A DNA stretch of 64,000 nt from Gemmatimonadota bacterium (GTDB taxonomy: Bacteria > Gemmatimonadota > Gemmatimonadetes > Gemmatimonadales > Gemmatimonadaceae), in the NCBI GenBank assembly GCA_031372565.1, contig JANMLN010000124.1:1-64000 (forward strand), written 5' to 3'. Below, piece by piece: positions 17,712 through 26,820 of the stretch. Position numbers and translations under genes: made by a program. The notes under the pieces were generated by a model. The model was not told the DNA's origin. It was given only the letters and a program-made list of their open reading frames with translations, and did no database searches. Numbering within the stretch: the first letter of the stretch is position 1; each line of letters opens with the position of its first letter.

Positions 17712-19133
17712 TCAGGCCTTGGGCTTCGACGCCTTGGGCTTCACCAGCCAGAACTTCTCCTGCCGCCCCAGCGCCCACTGCGGCTTGCCGTCGGCGCCAA
17801 TCACGAAGTCCTCTTCCTGCCGCACCCGCACCGGCTGGTTCCCCCACTCGGGGATCGGGCTCGTCACCTGCAGCTCGCTCGAGAACCACATGTTGGGAAT
17901 CACCACGGCATCGCCCCGCCCCGGCACGCCATCCTGATAGTCCCACAACCCGATCAGCGGACCCGCGCCGTGGCCGTGCAGCCCGATCGGATGCGAGTAC
18001 ATGGTGCCCTCGAGCCCCTCGATCGCCAGCTTCGCGCGCACCGCGGCGAGAATCTCGTTGCCGCTGCGGCCGGGTCGCGTTTCCTCGAAGAGGATGTCCT
18101 GGAACCGGTTGGACCGCTTGAGCGCCGCCTGCAAGCCGGCCGGCGGTTCCGTTTCGCCATCCTCGAGCACGTAGCCGTTGTGCTGCGTGTCGGTGTTGAG
18201 CCGGAGCGCGGTAATGCCCACATCGCACCAGAGCATGTCGCCCGGCATGATCACGGGATCCTCGCCCAGCTGCGACCCGGTCGCGCCCTTGCGCTGCACA
18301 TCGATGCTGGGCTGGAACCAGGTGCCGATGCCCAGGTCCGCGACCTGCTGGCGCCACCACCAGACGAGGTCGCTCGTGCGCGTCTTGCCGGGAGTGACGA
18401 CCTCGTTGGAGAACATCCGCTCGATGAGCGACCAGACCAGCTGCTGATGCTTCTTGTAGTACGCCGCCTCTTCGGGGAGCCGCGAGGCGATCATCTCGAG
18501 GGCAAGCGCCTCCGCCGGGCGGAACTTGCTCGACCAGGACGGCCCGAGCGCATCGGACATGCCCGCCAGCTCGCCGCTCGACAGGCCATCGGTGAACGCG
18601 AACACCTTGGACGTGTTGATGGCGATCGTGCGCGGATTGCGCTCGACGATCACCGCCTTGAGCGCCTCCCACTGCTCATCGCCCCACAGCTCGGCTTGCC
18701 GCGCGCCGACCGCCGCGTTCACGGCCTTGGTGCTCGAGACCGCCTTGAAGACGCCACCCTGCGACGTCCCGCCGAGGGCCAGCCGTTCGATCCCCTTGTC
18801 GCACGTGGGCGCAGGCTCGACGCCACCCGCCGTGCAGCGATCAAAGAAGACGTAGATCGTGCGGCGGCGCGCGGCGAACGTTGTGGGACTCGTGATCGCG
18901 CTGAAGACCGGGTCCTCGTTGTATTCGCGCATCGGCACCACCCACATGTCCACGCGCTGCTTGCGCATGAGTGCCGGCAGGAAGGTGTCGAGGCGCTTGG
19001 CGAGCCACGCCTGCTGCACCGCCGCCTGTTCCTTGACGGTACCGAACGGGCGCGTGGGTGCCTTGGCCTGGGCCGAGGCAACGTGCGCGCTGGTGGCCAG
19101 CGCGAGAGCGGCAAACGGGAGGGTGCGTGTCAT
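17712..19133 (-). CDS. Secreted M24-family (Xaa-Pro-like) aminopeptidase
   Basis: Signal peptide; CDVG..NTD, HPIG..GHG, SSE, EED metal ligands. Confidence 0.85.
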   Translation of the reverse strand: MTRTLPFAALALATSAHVASAQAKAPTRPFGTVKEQAAVQQAWLAKRLDTFLPALMRKQRVDMWVVPMREYNEDPVFSAITSPTTFAARRRTIYVFFDRCTAGGVEPAPTCDKGIERLALGGTSQGGVFKAVSSTKAVNAAVGARQAELWGDEQWEALKAVIVERNPRTIAINTSKVFAFTDGLSSGELAGMSDALGPSWSSKFRPAEALALEMIASRLPEEAAYYKKHQQLVWSLIERMFSNEVVTPGKTRTSDLVWWWRQQVADLGIGTWFQPSIDVQRKGATGSQLGEDPVIMPGDMLWCDVGITALRLNTDTQHNGYVLEDGETEPPAGLQAALKRSNRFQDILFEETRPGRSGNEILAAVRAKLAIEGLEGTMYSHPIGLHGHGAGPLIGLWDYQDGVPGRGDAVVIPNMWFSSELQVTSPIPEWGNQPVRVRQEEDFVIGADGKPQWALGRQEKFWLVKPKASKPKA

Positions 19134-19151
19134 GGGGTTGTGGGCGAAGGG

Positions 19152-19288
19152 TGTCGTCCTGAGCGCAGCCTGTCGTCCTGAGCGCAGCGAAGGACCTGCT
19201 TCTCGCGAAACCGCACAAGCAGATCCTTCGCTGCGCTCAGGATGACTCAATATGCAGATCCTTCGCTGCGCTCAGGATGACTCAATAT
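19152..19288. repeat. REP-like cluster: one partial and one full forward copy, two reverse copies (inverted pair)
   Basis: TGTCGTCCTGAGCGCAGCGAAGGACCTGCT (19171-19200) versus AGCAGATCCTTCGCTGCGCTCAGGATGAC; 35-nt duplication at 19219/19254. Confidence 0.92.
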
Positions 19289-19850
19289 GCGGTGGCGTCG
19301 GCGGGTGCTCGCCTGTCGTGATCTCCGCGACCTCCGTGTCCGCTTCACGGTCCATCGCGGCACGCTCGGTCGGCTTGTACAGCACATACCGCGCCGCCGT
19401 CACCGAGACCGCCAGCAACAGCCCGAACCCCCCGAGCAGCAGCATCCGGTTGCGGATGATGGTCAGCGCGATCGCGGGCCACTGCGCCACGGTTGCGCGC
19501 TCCACGCCGAGCGGTTCCATCCCGACCATGATCAGCGTCAGCGAGGCGAGCGCCTCGATCATCGCCTCCGCGAGCGCAAACAGCGGCACGCGCCACACCC
19601 ACGTCCGCAGCGTGTAGTTGCCCACGTGCGCCGTGAGCGCACCACACGCGAAGAGCAGCAGCGCCGCGGCGTACAGCGAGGCCACCCACCAGCTCCCGCT
19701 GTTCAGGCCGAAGAGGGCGGCGTGCGCCACGCGCACCCCGACCCCGGCGCCGATCGCCAACGGCCACAAGGCGATCGAGAGCCGCCTGACCAAGGTCGGT
19801 TCCTCGATTGCCGTCCATCGGATCGTTTCGCGCGGGAAGAAGGCGACCAT
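19272..19850 (-). CDS. Hypothetical membrane protein
   Basis: About 4 hydrophobic segments; ATG 19850 preceded by TAGCTT; the stop codon lies within the REP. Confidence 0.7.
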   Translation of the reverse strand: MVAFFPRETIRWTAIEEPTLVRRLSIALWPLAIGAGVGVRVAHAALFGLNSGSWWVASLYAAALLLFACGALTAHVGNYTLRTWVWRVPLFALAEAMIEALASLTLIMVGMEPLGVERATVAQWPAIALTIIRNRMLLLGGFGLLLAVSVTAARYVLYKPTERAAMDREADTEVAEITTGEHPPTPPHIESS

Positions 19851-19990
19851 GCTGGCGAAGCTAGGGCGAGCCAACCGCACGCGACAGGGCGCAGGTCACG
19901 CCTGCCGTGTCACGCCACTGGCGGCGCGACACACGCGCCCCCCTGACAGGTGCGCACGCCGCGCCGCTCGATCCTGGTCTCACCCCACCG

Positions 19991-20485
19991 TCACCGGACG
20001 GCAATGCACTCGATCTCGACGCGGGCATTCAGCGCGAGGCCGCTGGCGCCGAAGGCACTCCGCGCCGGGAAGCGGCCGTTGCTGAAGTACGTCTTGTACA
20101 CCTCGTTCATCGCGTCCCACTCCTTCATGTCCGCCAGGAACACGGTGCACTTCGCGACCTTGTCCATCGACGAGCCCGCCTTGCCGAGCAGCTCCTTGAT
20201 GTTCTCCATCACCTGCCTCGTCTCCGCCGTGATCCCACCGGGGACGACCCCACCGGCCGCACTCGGCGCCGTGCCCACCTGCCCCGCGAGGAAGAGCAGG
20301 TTGCCGACGCGCACGATCGGCGAGAACGGACGCGTGGGCGGACCGTACGGGTGCATGAACTCGATGTCATTCGACGCGCCCGTCTGTGCCTTGGCCGCCG
20401 CCTTGGGCTTGGCGTTCTGCGCGGTCAGGGATGTCGAGGCCGAGGCGACGAGCACGAGCACAGCGAGCGAGCGAAGCGGGCGCAT
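19991..20485 (-). CDS. RidA/YjgF-family protein with N-terminal signal peptide
   Basis: PFS..VRVGNLLFLAGQVG, K.TVFL.D, N..Y..F...FPARS, VEIECIA. Confidence 0.9.
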   Translation of the reverse strand: MRPLRSLAVLVLVASASTSLTAQNAKPKAAAKAQTGASNDIEFMHPYGPPTRPFSPIVRVGNLLFLAGQVGTAPSAAGGVVPGGITAETRQVMENIKELLGKAGSSMDKVAKCTVFLADMKEWDAMNEVYKTYFSNGRFPARSAFGASGLALNARVEIECIAVR

Positions 20486-20522
20486 GGTGGTGAGGGCGAA
20501 GGGAAGTGGGCGACGTGCGATA

Positions 20523-22859
20523 TCAGCGAGGGAGCGAGAGCCGTTCACCGCGAAGGACCGCGGCCAGTGTTTCTTCGAGCCGTTCGAAGGTGAACGGCTT
20601 GGCCACGGTCGGTTGACGCGACGCCGGACCGAGTCGCTGCGTCACGTCGAGGACATCGCCCGTCACGAAGACGGTGCGATCCGCGAGCGCGGGGTGCGAG
20701 AGGCGCAGCTCCTCGTGAAAGGCCACACCGTCCATGCCGGGCATGCGCAGGTCGCACACGACGGCGTCGAAGGCGTTGGCGTTGGCCGCGGCCAGGCCGG
20801 CGGGGCCGCTCTCGACGGCGACCACGGTGATGCCCCGCATGCGACCGAACGCCTCGAGACCCGCGCGCAGCGACGGCTCGTCATCGACCACGAGCAAGCG
20901 TCGCCCCGCGAGCGGCGATGCCGCGGTGACCGCCTTCATCTCGCCGCTGCGGCGGCGCGGCGGCGCGTCGCCACCCACCGGGAGGGTGACCACGAAGGTC
21001 GCGCCCGCACCGGGCGGACGGTCGGCCAGGCGAATCTCGCCCCCGTGCGAGGCCACGATGCCGTACGAGACCGAGAGCCCGAGCCCGGTGCCCTCCCCTT
21101 CCGGCTTGGTCGTGAAGAACGGCTCGAAGATGTGGGCGCGCGCGTGCACCGGCACTCCCGTGCCGGTGTCGCTCACCTCGATGGTCACGGTGGCATCGGT
21201 GCCACCCAGCGTGCGCACCGTCAGCGTGCCGTGCCCGCGCGGTGCCATGGCCTGGATGGCATTGGTGATCAGGTTGAGCAGCACCTGCTGCAGCTGGCGG
21301 CCATCGCCATCGATGGCGGGCACCTGCGAATCCAGCTCCGTCACGAGTTCGATCCGGGCCGACGTCAGCTGGAAGCCACGGAGCCGCAGGGAGCGCTCGA
21401 CCAGTTCGTTGACGTCCACCGCGTTCCGCTCGGCCGGCGCCCGGCGCGCGAACGCGAGCAGGTCGCGCACGACCTGACTGGCACGCTGCGTCTCGGAGCG
21501 GATGACCTCGATCGATTCGCGGTGCTCGGTGCCCAGCGTCGGGTCGCGCAGCAGCAGCTGCGCGAACGCGCTGATGGAGCCCAGCGGATTGTTCACCTCG
21601 TGCGCCACCCCCGCGACGAGCTCGCCGATGGCCGCCAGGCGTTCGGTCTCGAGCAGCCGCGCCCGCAGCTCCCGTTCGCCGCTGATGTCGCGCGCGACGA
21701 TCAGCACGGTCGGCGGTTCGGTGTCGGGCAGCCCCGTGATGGCGAGCGCGGTGAGGCGGTTCATACCGTCGCGCTTGATGCGCACCTCGAGCCGCGCCAT
21801 GATCCCCTTGAGGGCGCCTTCGAGTGCGCGCAGGACAGCGAGGCGGTCCTCTCCGGCGACCAGGTCCGCGAACAGACGGCCCTGCAGCGCCGCGCCGGGA
21901 ATCCCGGTGAGATCGTGGGCCGAGTCGTTGGCTTCGGTGATCTCGCCGCGCGGCAGCACCGTGAGGATGGCATCGGGTGCCGCGCGGAACAGGGTGCGGA
22001 AGCGCGACTCCGCCTGCCGCAGGTTCTCGACGTGCTCGGCGTTGTCGAGCGCGACGGAGAGCATGTCGGCCATGGCCTCGACGCGCCGGATGTCCGCATC
22101 GACCCAGACGCGCGGCTTCATGCCGAGGATCACGACACCTCCGATGCGCTGCCGCTGCCGGCGCAGTGGCACGACCAGCATCGACCGGATCCCTTGGCTC
22201 TTGTAGATCGGCACCGCAGCCGGATGCAACAGCTCCTCGCCGATCCCGGTGCTCAGGTCGACGATGGCGAGCGAGGTGCCGCTCTCGGCGACGCGCGCGA
22301 CGGCGGAGCCGGCGGCCGTTTGCGTCTTCCCGATGAACGGGGTGCCCACGCCACTCGCCGCGATGATGCGCAACATGCCGTCGCCCTCGAGCGCACCGAG
22401 GTAGGTCCCTTCCACGCGCTCGATGTCGGCGAGCGCGTTCATGAACCGCTGGAGGACGCGATCGGGCCTGAGCTCGGCGTTGATCTCGTGCCCCAGCTCC
22501 CACATGCGGTGCAGCACGCGCTGCGCTTCGGTGAGCGCGGCCGTGCGCTGCGCCACGTACGTCTCGAGCGTGGCGCTCAGTTCCTGCTCGGCGCGGACGC
22601 GCTCCTCGAGGTCACGCGCGCGTCGCTCCGCCTGTGCCGCCACGCGCTGCAGCACGAGCAACCCGAGCGCGAGCGCAAGCAGGATGAGCTCGACCGAGAC
22701 CCCACCCGATACCCAGGACCAGACGATCACCCCCGCCAGGAGCAGGATGGCGAGGATCTGGAGCGAGGTCTCGATGGGAGTCGCAGCCGTCGGGCGCGCC
22801 GATGCGGGCCCCTGTGGGGGAATCGGCGGCGCGGTGCCGACACCCTCGGGCGCGGTCAT
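20523..22859 (-). CDS. Hybrid sensor histidine kinase (2TM-GAF-PAS-HisKA-HATPase-REC)
   Basis: AHEVNNPL, NLITNA, DTGTG, FEPFFTTK, GTGLGL, VDDE..CDLRMP..KPF. Confidence 0.92.
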   Translation of the reverse strand: MTAPEGVGTAPPIPPQGPASARPTAATPIETSLQILAILLLAGVIVWSWVSGGVSVELILLALALGLLVLQRVAAQAERRARDLEERVRAEQELSATLETYVAQRTAALTEAQRVLHRMWELGHEINAELRPDRVLQRFMNALADIERVEGTYLGALEGDGMLRIIAASGVGTPFIGKTQTAAGSAVARVAESGTSLAIVDLSTGIGEELLHPAAVPIYKSQGIRSMLVVPLRRQRQRIGGVVILGMKPRVWVDADIRRVEAMADMLSVALDNAEHVENLRQAESRFRTLFRAAPDAILTVLPRGEITEANDSAHDLTGIPGAALQGRLFADLVAGEDRLAVLRALEGALKGIMARLEVRIKRDGMNRLTALAITGLPDTEPPTVLIVARDISGERELRARLLETERLAAIGELVAGVAHEVNNPLGSISAFAQLLLRDPTLGTEHRESIEVIRSETQRASQVVRDLLAFARRAPAERNAVDVNELVERSLRLRGFQLTSARIELVTELDSQVPAIDGDGRQLQQVLLNLITNAIQAMAPRGHGTLTVRTLGGTDATVTIEVSDTGTGVPVHARAHIFEPFFTTKPEGEGTGLGLSVSYGIVASHGGEIRLADRPPGAGATFVVTLPVGGDAPPRRRSGEMKAVTAASPLAGRRLLVVDDEPSLRAGLEAFGRMRGITVVAVESGPAGLAAANANAFDAVVCDLRMPGMDGVAFHEELRLSHPALADRTVFVTGDVLDVTQRLGPASRQPTVAKPFTFERLEETLAAVLRGERLSLPR

Positions 22860-23938
22860 TGCAGGAACTCGTGCAAGAGGCCGTGAAAGTGGTGCACCCC
22901 GTTCTCGCGCGTGGCGGAGTAGCGGCCCCGCTCGTACACGCGCGACCGGAGGTTGCGCTGCACCGCTTCGCAGATGCCGATGTCCTCGTCCTGGATCGTG
23001 TCGCTGAAGGCGATCATGCGCGTCCACTGCGGATCATGGGCCGCGTCAGCGGGCGCCTGGCTCGAGTACCAGTCGTAGATCACCGTGGTCCGATCGGCAC
23101 CATCGGGCACGACCAGGTTGAGCTGCAACTGCCCCTGATAGACGTTGAGCATCAGGTTGGGGAAGAGCCAGTAGTACTGCGCATCGTCGCCGTCACCTTG
23201 CGGCGTGTACAGGCGGCTCGTGTCGCCCGCGCGCACGGGGCGGATGGGCGCGTGTTGCAGCGACCACCATCGATGCGGTTCGATCCGGTACTGGTCGTAG
23301 TCGATCTCCTGGTGCAGTCCCGGATGCACCATGGGCAGGTGGTACCCTTCGAGATAGTTGTCGATGTACACCTTCCAGTTGCACGCGACCGACCAGCGCT
23401 TGCTCTGCACGAAGCGCATGGCGGCCATGCCGAAGGCCGCGGTGCGTTCGGGGATATCCTCGAGGAAGTACGCGAGCGCCGGCGCCTTCGGGTCGAGGTT
23501 CACGAACACGAGCGGACCGAACGTCGCCACCTGCACCGGCAGCAGATGCATCTCCTCCGGGCGGAAGTGCGCCGTGCCTTCCATTTCTGGCGCGCGCAGC
23601 AACCGGCCGTCCAACCCGTACGTCCACCCGTGATAGCGACACTGCAGCGTCTGGCGCTTGCCACAGCCACTGGCCACCGGTCCGGCCCGATGGAGGCAGA
23701 TGTTGTGGAAGGCGCGCAGCTGGTCGGCGTCGCGCACGATGACGATCGACTCGCCGGCGACGTCGGCCACGACGAACTGCCCCTTCTCCACCAGTTGCTC
23801 CGTGCGGGCGGCCACCTGCCAGGTCCGGCCGAAGATCTTCTCCTGCTCGAGCGCGAGGTACACCGGGTCGGTGTAGAGGCGCGCGGGGATCGTCGACGCG
23901 GTCGCGATGTCGGGACTGAACGCGAAATGGCGGGTCAT
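22856..23938 (-). CDS. Rieske non-heme iron oxygenase alpha subunit (choline monooxygenase-like)
   Basis: CLH...CRYHGW, NWKVYIDNYLEGYH...H, QDED. Confidence 0.9.
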   Translation of the reverse strand: MTRHFAFSPDIATASTIPARLYTDPVYLALEQEKIFGRTWQVAARTEQLVEKGQFVVADVAGESIVIVRDADQLRAFHNICLHRAGPVASGCGKRQTLQCRYHGWTYGLDGRLLRAPEMEGTAHFRPEEMHLLPVQVATFGPLVFVNLDPKAPALAYFLEDIPERTAAFGMAAMRFVQSKRWSVACNWKVYIDNYLEGYHLPMVHPGLHQEIDYDQYRIEPHRWWSLQHAPIRPVRAGDTSRLYTPQGDGDDAQYYWLFPNLMLNVYQGQLQLNLVVPDGADRTTVIYDWYSSQAPADAAHDPQWTRMIAFSDTIQDEDIGICEAVQRNLRSRVYERGRYSATRENGVHHFHGLLHEFLQ

Positions 23939-23978
23939 GGGCTGCCTCGTCGCAAGAGGCGCGACACCCCGGTCGAAC

Positions 23979-25319
23979 TCAGCGGGCGCGCGTCTTCCAA
24001 ATGTACATCGGCACCCCGAGCGCAACGACCGCAGCACCCCACGTGATCGTTTCGCGACCGACGCTCGCGATGGCCCACAGCACGAACAGCGTGGCGCCGA
24101 TGCCGACCACGAGCATGCGCGGTCGATCGCGCTCCGGGACGATGCGACCGGGACGCGCACTCAACACGATGACCGACACGGTGGTCGCGAGGTACGCGAG
24201 CAACACGCTGAAGTTGGCCATCAACACGAGCTTCTCGAACGCTTGCAGCAGCGACTGGCTGAAGTAGGTGAACAACCCGGCCGATGCGAACGCGGTCCCG
24301 ACCCACAGTCCCACGTACGGCGTGCCGTGGCGCGGATGCACGCGCGCAAACACCGCCGGAAAGACGCCGTCCTGCGCGGCACCGAACGGCACGCGACCGA
24401 GCAACAGCGTCCAGCCGTTGAGGCACGCCACGGCCGTGCCGACCCCCAGCACCGCCACCGCCGTACTCGCCCACGGTCCGAGGGCGTGCTCCAGCACCGC
24501 CGCGAGCGGTCGCGCCGTGGCCGCGATCTCTGCACTCGGCAACACACCGATCACGACCACGGCTGCGAGCACGAACATCCCCGCGGCGATCGCGAAGCCG
24601 ATGCGCGTCCCACGGCGGATCACCCCGTGATCGCCCTGCACCTCCTCGGCCGCCACCGTCGCCGATTCGACGCCCGCGAAGGCCCACACGAGCAGCGCGA
24701 CGCCACCGCCGAGCGCACCCACGCCCTTGGGCGCGAAGGGGTGGAAGTTCTCGAGCCGCACGCTGGGCAGGGCCAGCAGCAGCAGCACGAACGGCACGAT
24801 GTTGAGCACGAGGAGCAGCTGCTGCACACGGCCGCTCTCGCGGACGCCGCGCACGTTGAGCCAGGCCGCGCCCCAGAGCAGCCCCTGCGCCGCGAGGAAG
24901 CGCAGCAGCGGACTCTGGTCGAGCGCGGGGATGAAGAAGCCGAGGTAGGCGACCACGCCGGTGGCGATGGCGACGTTGCCGACCCAGACCGTAAGCCAGT
25001 AGCACCAGGCCGTCTCGAAGGCGGTGAAGCGCCCGAGGGCCACCTCGGCGAAGACGTACGGGCCGCCGGTCCGCGGGAAGCGCGGTCCGAGTTCGGCGAA
25101 CGTTTCGGCGATCAGCCAGAAGCCGAGCGCTGCGAGGAGCCACGCCACGAGCCCCAGAGGGCCCACAGAGGCCGCCACGGCGGCCGGGAGGGTGTAGAGT
25201 GCGGTTCCGAGCTGATTGCCCACCACGAGGGCAATGAGCGCTCCGAGCGGCAGGCCGCGCCGCAGCTGCGGCGCGGGAGCGGGCGAGGCGACGGCGTCGG
25301 CCGTCGCTACTCGATCCAA
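23979..25319 (-). CDS. APC-family amino acid permease (start uncertain; TTG overlapping lepB chosen)
   Basis: GNQLGTALY.LP, GGPY, WAFAGVES, FP.VFARV...GTP. Confidence 0.88.
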   Translation of the reverse strand: MDRVATADAVASPAPAPQLRRGLPLGALIALVVGNQLGTALYTLPAAVAASVGPLGLVAWLLAALGFWLIAETFAELGPRFPRTGGPYVFAEVALGRFTAFETAWCYWLTVWVGNVAIATGVVAYLGFFIPALDQSPLLRFLAAQGLLWGAAWLNVRGVRESGRVQQLLLVLNIVPFVLLLLALPSVRLENFHPFAPKGVGALGGGVALLVWAFAGVESATVAAEEVQGDHGVIRRGTRIGFAIAAGMFVLAAVVVIGVLPSAEIAATARPLAAVLEHALGPWASTAVAVLGVGTAVACLNGWTLLLGRVPFGAAQDGVFPAVFARVHPRHGTPYVGLWVGTAFASAGLFTYFSQSLLQAFEKLVLMANFSVLLAYLATTVSVIVLSARPGRIVPERDRPRMLVVGIGATLFVLWAIASVGRETITWGAAVVALGVPMYIWKTRAR

Positions 25320-26104
25320 TGCCCGATCCGTCGCCAGCGGATATCGGTCAGGAAGGGAAGCGCGCGGTCGCTTTCGGCGTCCCACGAGTAGTACACGAAG
25401 AGGGGCCGCCCGCGGATGTTCGCGCGGGGCACGGGGCCCCAGTAGCGGCCATCCTTCGAGTTGTAGCGATTGTCGCCGAGCATCAGGTAGTGGCCGGCGG
25501 GCACGATGAGCGGCCCCCAGTTGTCATGGGTCGGCGAGGCGGGCGGCGGCCCGAAGCGCGAGCCGGTGATCTCGGCAGCCTTCTGCCAGGCGTAGAGCGG
25601 ATTCACTTCGGTGCCGTCGCCGACCGGATTGTTCGACGCGAACCCCTGCCGCTGCGCGACGCCGTTGAGGTGGAAGAGGCCATCGCGCATGTAGACCGTG
25701 TCGCCACCGACGGCCACGAGCCGCTTCACCAGGGTCGGGGTCGCGTCCCACGGCTGGTCGATCTGCGGGGGCGACTCGAAGACGACGACATCGCCGCGCT
25801 CCGGCTCGGCGTAGCCCGGCAGGTTGATCTTCGTGAACGGGATGTGCGGTCCGAAGCGGAGCTTGTTCACGAACAGCCAGTCGCCGATGAGCAGCGTGGG
25901 CTCCATGCTCCCCGAGGGAATGCGATATGCCTCGACGAGGAAGATGCGCAGGCAGAAGAAGACGATGAGCACCGAGCCGACCGACTTGATGAACTCGATG
26001 GCCTTGCTGCGCAGCGTGGCGGATGCGCCGCTGCCCCCGCTGCGCACCTGCGCGACGACGGATTCGGACGAGGGAGCTTTCGGCGACTTCTTCTTGCGGG
26101 CCAC
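25307..26104 (-). CDS. lepB: Signal peptidase I
   Basis: IPSGSMEPTL..GD, RGDVVVF, LVKR, GDNR.NS.D.RYWG. Confidence 0.95.
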   Translation of the reverse strand: MARKKKSPKAPSSESVVAQVRSGGSGASATLRSKAIEFIKSVGSVLIVFFCLRIFLVEAYRIPSGSMEPTLLIGDWLFVNKLRFGPHIPFTKINLPGYAEPERGDVVVFESPPQIDQPWDATPTLVKRLVAVGGDTVYMRDGLFHLNGVAQRQGFASNNPVGDGTEVNPLYAWQKAAEITGSRFGPPPASPTHDNWGPLIVPAGHYLMLGDNRYNSKDGRYWGPVPRANIRGRPLFVYYSWDAESDRALPFLTDIRWRRIGHWIE

Positions 26105-26176
26105 GGGCAGATGGGGGTGAGCGGGAGCGCGAAAGTTCCTGTGCCGCACGGGCGGCGGGCAAGGGTCCGTACGCAA

Positions 26177-26210
26177 CGAGGGGGCGCGCCGTTTCGGGCG
26201 TGCCCCCTCG
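26177..26210 (-). terminator. Hairpin downstream of the SWIB gene
   Basis: CGAGGGGGCGCGCC / GGCGTGCCCCCTCG. Confidence 0.6.
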
Positions 26211-26230
26211 CCGTACCGCCGGAGCGGTGC

Positions 26231-26566
26231 TTACGACAGGTGCTTGCTGACGAGCTTGGTCATCTCGAACATGTTGACGACGTCCTTCTTGAAGATCGGC
26301 TTGAGCTTGTCGTCGGCGTGGATGTTGCGCTTCATCTTCTTGTCCTGCAGCGCGTTCTTCTTGATGTACGCCCACAGCTTCTTGGTGACCTCGGTGCGCG
26401 GCATCGGCTTGTCGCCGACGACCGCGGCAAGCGCGGCGCTCGGCGTGACCGGCTTCATGAACGCGGCGTTCGGCTTACGCTTCGCCGCCTTCTTCACGAC
26501 CTTCTTGATCGCCTTCTTCGCGACCTTCTTGGTCGCCTTCTTTGCGGCCTTCTTCTTGGCAGCCAT
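26231..26566 (-). CDS. SWIB/MDM2-domain protein with a histone-H1-like Lys/Ala-rich N-terminal tail
   Basis: PSAALAAVVG...PRTEVTKKLWAYIKKNALQD...MFEMTK; GGAGAGG RBS. Confidence 0.92.
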   Translation of the reverse strand: MAAKKKAAKKATKKVAKKAIKKVVKKAAKRKPNAAFMKPVTPSAALAAVVGDKPMPRTEVTKKLWAYIKKNALQDKKMKRNIHADDKLKPIFKKDVVNMFEMTKLVSKHLS

Positions 26567-26622
26567 CAGAGCCTCTCCGTTGTGAAGTTCGTGTCTCCGA
26601 GCAAGTACCACTGACGCGCACA

Positions 26623-26652
26623 AGCTTATTGCGCCAGCCAGCCCGCGCAATA
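26623..26652 (-). promoter_or_regulatory. Putative sigma70-type promoter overlapped by an 8-bp inverted repeat
   Basis: Minus strand TTGCGC-N16-TAAGCT; TATTGCGC-N10-GCGCAATA at 26627-26652. Confidence 0.55.
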
Positions 26653-26820
26653 GGCAGTTTCTCCTCTGTGGCAGGGGAGCGCCCCCCGGGAGAAGCCCGG
26701 AGCGCACGCCAGCATGTGCGCGGTGTCACCCTTGAGACGAGCCGCCCCTGCCCTGCGCAACCTTGCCTGGAAGCACGTTCTCCCTCTGGAAAGGTGCGCC
26801 ACGCGTGCGGCGCGCACCGC

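Noticed and set aside
17712..19250. ORF-track N-terminal extension MSHPERSEGS... of the M24 peptidase
   Set aside because: REP-derived; a clean signal peptide starts at ATG 19133.
19950..22886. 978-aa plus-strand ORF
   Set aside because: Shadow of the hybrid kinase and RidA genes in high-GC DNA; no motifs.
26669..26752. tRNA (minus strand ends ...CCCCTGCCA)
   Set aside because: No T-loop TTCRA or D-loop consensus, and the CC of CCA lies within the stem.
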